A stretch of 64,000 nucleotides of DNA from Paragordius varius (Eukaryota; Animalia; Nematomorpha), in assembly GCA_964247055.1 (NCBI GenBank), contig OZ176052.1:14322001-14386000 (forward strand). The letters are read 5' to 3'. The stretch's first letter is position 1, and the number at the start of each line of letters is the position of its first letter. The position numbers and the translations under genes are program-made. The notes under the pieces are model-generated. The model did not search any database, was not told where the DNA came from, and saw nothing but the letters and a program-made list of their open reading frames with translations. Positions 57,372 to 64,000 of the stretch are shown in pieces.

Positions 57372-60300
57372 GGGTGATGATGGAACTACCCTAGGGCTAC
57401 CCAAAAAAAATTATAGTGACATCACCTGATCAAATTTGGATTTTAGGTAACCATTTTTATTTTTAATATCGTATAAAATAAATTTTTTAAATATTTAAAA
57501 AATTCATAAAAATTACATTTATAGTCCGATCCCCAAAATATTTGGGGTGATGATGGAATTACCATAGGGCTACCCAAAAAAAATTATGGTGACATCACCT
57601 GATCAAATTTGGATTTTAGGTAGCCATTTTTATTTTTAAAATCGTATAAAATATATTTTTTAAATATTTAAAAAATTCATAAAAATTACATTTATACTCC
57701 GATCTCGAAAATATTTGGGGTGATGATGGAACTACCCTAGGGCTACCCAAAAAAAATTATAGTGACATCACCTGATCAAATTTGGATTTTAGGTAACCAT
57801 TTTTATTTTTAATATCGTATAAAATAAATTTTTTAAATATTTAAAAAATTCATAAAAATTACATTTATAGTCCGATTCCCAAAATATTTGGGGTGATGAT
57901 GGAACTACCATAGGGCTACCCAAAAAAAATTATAGTGACATCACCTGATCAAATTTGGATTTTAGGTAGCCATTTTTATTTTTAAAATCGTATAAAATAA
58001 ATTTTTTAAATATTTAAAAAATTCATAAAAATTACATTTATTCCTCAAAATATTTGGGGTGATGATGGAACTACCATAGGGCTACCCAAAAAAAATTATG
58101 GTGACATCACCTGATCAAATTTGGATTTTAGGTAGCCATTTTTATTTTTAAAATCGTATAAAATAAATTTTTTAAATATTTAAAAAATTCATAAAAATTA
58201 CATTTATACTCCGATCTCGAAAATATTTGGGGTGATGATGGAACTACCATAGGGCTACCCAAAAAAAATTATAGTGAAACACCTGATCAAATTTGGATTT
58301 TAGGTAGCCATTTTTATTTTTAAAATCGTATAAAATAAATTTTTTAAATATTTAAAAAATTCATAAAAATTACATTTATAGTCCGATCCCCAAAATATTT
58401 GGGGTGATGATGGAACTACCATAGGGCTACCCAAAAAAAATTATGGTGACATCACCTGATCAAATTTGGATTTTAGGTAGCCATTTTTATTTTTAAAATC
58501 GTATAAAATAAATTTTTAAATATTTAAAAAATTCATAAAAATTACATTTATAGTCCGATCCCCAAAATATTTGGGGTGATGATGGAACTACCATAGGGCT
58601 ACCCAAAAAATATTATGGTGACATCACCTGATCAAATTTGGATTTTAGGTAGCCATTTTTATTTTTAAAATCGTATAAAATAAATTTTTTAAATATTGAA
58701 AAAATTCAAAAAAATTACATTTATACTCCGATCTCGAAAATATTTGGGGTGATGATGGAACTACCATAGGGCTACCCAAAAAAAATTATGGCGACATCAC
58801 CTGATCAAATTTGGATTTTAGGTAGCCATTTTTATTTTTAAAATCGTATAAAATAAATTTTTTAAATGTTTAAAAAATTCATAAAAATTACATTTATAGT
58901 CCGATCCCCAAAATATTTGGGGTGATGATGGAATTACCATAGGGCTACCCAAAAAAAATTATGGTGACATCACCTGATCAAATTTGGATTTTAGGTAGCC
59001 ATTTTGATTTTTAAAATCGTATAAAATATATTTTTTAAATATTTAAAAAATTCATAAAAATTACATTTATACTCCGATCTCGAAAATATTTGGGGTGATG
59101 ATGGAACTACCATAGGGCTACCCAAAAAAAATTATAGTGACATCACCTGATCAAATTTGGATTTTAGGTAACCATTTTTATTTTTAATATCGTATAAAAT
59201 AAATTTTTTAAATATTTAAAAAATTCATAAAAATTACATTTATAGTCCGATCCCCAAAATATTTGGGGTGATGATGGAACTACCATAGGGCTACCCAAAA
59301 AAAATTATAGTGACATCACCTGATCAAATTTGGATTTTAGGTAGCCATTTTTATTTTTAAAATCGTATAAAATAAATTTTTTAAATATTTAAAAAATTCA
59401 TAAAAATTACATTTATAGTCCGATCCCCAAAATATTTGGGGTGATGATGGAACTACCATAGGGCTACCCAAAAAAAATTATGGTGACATCACCTGATCAA
59501 ATTTGGATTTTAGGTAGCCATTTTTATTTTTAAAATCGTATAAAATAAATTTTTTTGATATTTAAAAAATTCATAAAAATTACATTTATACTCCGATCTC
59601 GAAAATATTTGGGGTGATGATGGAACTACCATAGGGCTACCCAAAAAAAATTATGGTGACATCACCTGATCAAATTTGGATTTTAGGTAGCCATTTTTAT
59701 TTTTAAAATTGTATAAAATCAATTTTTTAAATATTTAAAAAATTCATAAAAGTTACATTTATAGTCCGATCCCCAAAATATTTGGGGTGATGATGGAACT
59801 ACCATAGGGCTACCCAAAAAAAATTATAGTGACATCACCTGATCAAATTTGGATTTTAGGTAGCCATTTTTATTTTTAAAATCGTATAAAATAAATTTTT
59901 TAAATATTTAAAAAATTCATAAAAAGTACATTTATAGTCCGATCCCCAAAATATTTGGGGTGATGATGGAACTACCCTAGGGCTACCCAAAAAAAATTAT
60001 AGTGACATCACCTGATCAAATTTGGATTTTAGGTAACCATTTTTATTTTTAATATCGTATAAAATAAATTTTTTAAATATTTAAAAAATTCATAAAAATT
60101 ACATTTATAGTCCGATCCCCAAAATATTTGGGTTGATGATGGAATTACCATAGGGCTACCCAAAAAAAATTATGGTGACATCACCTGATCAAATTTGGAT
60201 TTTAGGTAGCCATTTTTATTTTTAAAATCGTATAAAATATATTTTTTAAATATTTAAAAAATTCATAAAAATTACATTTATACTCCGATCTCGAAAATAT

Positions 60301-61640
60301 TTGGGGTGATGATGGAACTACCCTAGGGCTACCCAAAAAAAATTATAGTGACATCACCTGATCAAATTTGGATTTTAGGTAACCATTTTTATTTTTAATA
60401 TCGTATAAAATAAATTTTTTAAATATTTAAAAAATTCATAAAAATTACATTTATAGTCCGATCCCCAAAATATTTGGGGTGATGATGGAACTACCATAGG
60501 GCTACCCAAAAAAAATTATAGTGACATCACCTGATCAAATTTGGATTTTAGGTAGCCATTTTTATTTTTAAAATCGTATAAAATAAATTTTTTAAATATT
60601 TAAAAAATTCATAAAAATTACATTTATAGTCCGATCCTCAAAATATTTGGGGTGATGATGGAACTACCATAGGGCTACCCAAAAAAAATTATGGTGACAT
60701 CACCTGATCAAATTTGGATTTTAGGTAGCCATTTTTATTTTTAAAATCGTATAAAATAAATTTTTTAAATATTTAAAAAATTCATAAAAATTACATTTAT
60801 ACTCCGATCTCGAAAATATTTGGGGTGATGATGGAACTACCATAGGGCTACCCAAAAAAAATTATAGTGACATCACCTGATCAAATTTGGATTTTAGGTA
60901 GCCATTTTTATTTTTAAAATCGTATAAAATAAATTTTTTAAATATTTAAAAAATTCATAAAAATTACATTTATAGTCCGATCCCCAAAATATTTGGGGTG
61001 ATGATGGAACTACCATAGGGCTACCCAAAAAAAATTATGGTGACATCACCTGATCAAATTTGGATTTTAGGTAGCCATTTTTATTTTTAAAATCGTATAA
61101 AATAAATTTTTTAAATATTTAAAAAATTCATAAAAATTACATTTATAGTCCGATCCCCAAAATATTTGGGGTGATGATGGAACTACCATAGGGCTACCCA
61201 AAAAATATTATGGTGACATCACCTGATCAAATTTGGATTTTAGGTAGCCATTTTTATTTTTAAAATCGTATAAAATAAATTTTTTAAATATTGAAAAAAT
61301 TCAAAAAAATTACATTTATACTCCGATCTCGAAAATATTTGGGGTGATGATGGAACTACCATAGGGCTACCCAAAAAAAATTATGGCGACATCACCTGAT
61401 CAAATTTGGATTTTAGGTAGCCATTTTTATTTTTAAAATCGTATAAAATAAATTTTTTAAATGTTTAAAAAATTCATAAAAATTACATTTATAGTCCGAT
61501 CCCCAAAATATTTGGGGTGATGATGGAATTACCATAGGGCTACCCAAAAAAAATTATGGTGACATCACCTGATCAAATTTGGATTTTAGGTAGCCATTTT
61601 TATTTTTAAAATCGTATAAAATAAATTTTTTAAATATTTA
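57372..61640. repeat. Duplication of ~10 monomers at a 15-monomer offset (2586-2595 bp)
   Basis: CCCTAGG monomers are at 57372/59958 and AAAAATATTATGG at 58611/61206. TCCTCAAAA and ATATTGAAAA+TTCAAAA occur in both copies. The offset shifts from 2586 to 2595 across 9 bp of deletions in copy 1. Confidence 0.85.
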
Positions 61641-64000
61641 AAAAATTCATAAAAATTACATTTATACTCCGATCTCGAAAATATTCGGGGTGATGATGGA
61701 ACTACCATAGGGCTACCCAAAAAAAATTATGGCGACATCACCTGATCAAATTTGGATTTTAGGTAGCCATTTTTATTTTTAAAATCGTATAAAATAAATT
61801 TTTTAAATATTTAAAAAATTCATAAAAATTACATTTATAGTCCGATCTTCAAAATATTTGGGGTGATGATGGAACAACCATAGGGCTACGCAAAAAAAAT
61901 TATGGCGACATCACCTGATCAAATTTGGATTTTAGGTAGCCATTTTTATTTTTAATATCGTATAAAATAAATTTTTTAAATATTTAAAAAATTCATAAAA
62001 ATTACATTTATAGTCCGATCCCCAAAATATTTGGGGTGATGATGGAACTACCATAGGGCTACCCAAAAAAAATTATAGTGACATCACCTGATCAAATTTG
62101 GATTTTAGGTAGCCATTTTTATTTTTGAAATCGTATAAAATAAATTTTTTAAATATTTAAAAAATTCATAAAAATTACATTTATAGTCCGATCCCCAAAA
62201 TATTTGGGGTGATGATGGAATTACCATAGGGCTACCCACAAAAAATTATGGTGACATCACCTGATCAAATTTGGATTTTAGGTAGCCATTTTTATTTTTA
62301 AAATCGTATAAAATATATTTTTTAAATATTTAAAAAATTCATAAAAATTACATTTATACTCCGATCTCGAAAATATTTGGGGTGATGATGGAACTACCAT
62401 AGGGCTACCCAAAAAAAATTATAGTGACATCACCTGATCAAATTTGGATTTTAGGTAACCATTTTTATTTTTAATATCGTATAAAATAAATTTTTTAAAT
62501 ATTTAAAAAATTCATAAAAATTACATTTATAGTCCGATCCCCAAAATATTTGGGGTGATGATGGAACTACCATAGGGCTACCCAAAAAAAATTATAGTGA
62601 CATCACCTGATCAAATTTGGATTTTAGGTAGCCATTTTTATTTTTAAAATCGTATAAAATAAATTTTTTAAATATTTAAAAAATTCATAAAAATTACATT
62701 TATAGTCCGATCCCCAAAATATTTGGGGTGATGATGGAACTACCATAGGGCTACCCAAAAAAAATTATGGTGACATCACCTGATCAAATTTGGATTTAAG
62801 GTAGCCATTTTTATTTTTAAAATCGTATAAAATAAATTTTTTAAATATTTAAAAAATTCATAAAAATTACATTTATACTCCGATCTCGAAAATATTTGGG
62901 GTGATGATGGAACTACCATAGGGCTACCCAAAAAAATTATAGTGACATCACCTGATCAAATTTGGATTTTAGGTAGCCATTTTTATTTTTAAAATCGTAT
63001 AAAATAAATTTTTTAAATATTTAAAAAATTCATAAAAATTACATTTATAGTCCGATCCCCAAAATATTTGGGGTGATGATGGAACTACCATAGGGCTACC
63101 CAAAAAAAATTATGGTGACATCACCTGATCAAATTTGGATTTTAGGTAGATATTTTTATTTTTAAAATCGTATAAAATAAATTTTTTAAATATTTAAAAA
63201 ATTCATAAAAATTACATTTATAGTCCGATCCCCAAAATATTTGGGGTGATGATGGAATTACCATAGGGCTACCCACAAAAAATTATGGTGACATCACCTG
63301 ATCAAATTTGGATTTTAGGTAGCCATTTTTATTTTTAAAATCGTATAAAATATATTTTTTAAATATTTAAAAAATTCATAAAAATTACATTTATACTCCG
63401 ATCTCGAAAATATTTGGGGTGATGATGGAACTACCATAGGGCTACCCAAAAAAAATTATAGTGACATCACCTGATCAAATTTGGATTTTAGGTAACCATT
63501 TTTATTTTTAATATCGTATAAAATAAATTTTTTAAATATTTAAAAAATTCATAAAAATTACATTTATAGTCCGATCCCCAAAATATTTGGGGTGATGATG
63601 GAACTACCATAGGGCTACCCAAAAAAAATTATAGTGACATCACCTGATCAAATTTGGATTTTAGGTAGCCATTTTTATTTTTAAAATCGTATAAAATAAA
63701 TTTTTTAAATATTTAAAAAATTCATAAAAATTACATTTATAGTCCGATCCCCAAAATATTTGGGGTGATGATGGAACTACCATAGGGCTACCCAAAAAAA
63801 ATTATGGTGACATCACCTGATCAAATTTGGATTTTAGGTAGCCATTTTTATTTTTGAAATCGTATAAAATAAATTTTTTAAATATTTAAAAAATTCATAA
63901 AAATTACATTTATACTCCGATCTCGAAAATATTTGGGGTGATGATGGAACTACTATAGGGCTACCCAAAAAAATTATAGTGACATCACCTGATCAAATTT

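Larger units (their letters stand above)
1..64000. repeat. Tandem satellite DNA array, 173-bp monomer, about 370 head-to-tail copies, single orientation
   Basis: GGGTGATGATGGAA recurs at 1, 174, 332 (after a 15-bp deletion), 505, 678, 851 and so on to the window end with period 173. Monomers differ by only a few substitutions or indels, and both window ends fall inside the array. The consensus has 46 G+C in 173 bp. Confidence 0.99.

Noticed and set aside
1-64000. CRISPR array
   Set aside because: There are no unique spacers. The entire 173-bp unit is repeated, and no cas genes or leader are present.
1-64000. Assignment to a named satellite (alpha satellite 171 bp, Arabidopsis CEN178, Drosophila 1.688 or D. 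virilis 172TR)
   Set aside because: Only the length is similar. I cannot recognise sequence identity to any of them, and a database search is required.
1-64000. Embedded transposon, inversion or unique island hidden in the array
   Set aside because: Reading through the window, every line fits the monomer in the same orientation. The largest departure is a 15-bp deletion.

Overview
The whole 64 kb window is one uninterrupted, head-to-tail, single-orientation tandem satellite array of about 370 copies of a 173-bp AT-rich monomer (about 27% GC). Consensus read from the sequence: GGGTGATGATGGAACTACCATAGGGCTACCCAAAAAAAATTATGGTGACATCACCTGATCAAATTTGGATTTTAGGTAGCCATTTTTATTTTTAAAATCGTATAAAATAAATTTTTTAAATATTTAAAAAATTCATAAAAATTACATTTATAGTCCGATCCCCAAAATATTTG. 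I see no credible genes, RNA genes, transposon insertions, CRISPR spacers or inversions. It looks like eukaryotic (peri)centromeric or heterochromatic satellite DNA, but I cannot name the family or organism from the sequence. The informative signal is in two places. (i) The monomer is bipartite, with a 71-bp ~94% AT segment carrying a perfect 24-bp palindrome and a GC-richer half packed with short inverted repeats. (ii) Rare shared variants reveal a nested, irregular history of local duplications with periods of 2, 7, 11, 12, 13, 14, 15, 17, 23, 34, 36 and 44 monomers, and position-restricted variant domains. I found no evidence of a new protein-coding system. All offsets were counted by hand, and block boundaries are approximate to about one monomer.
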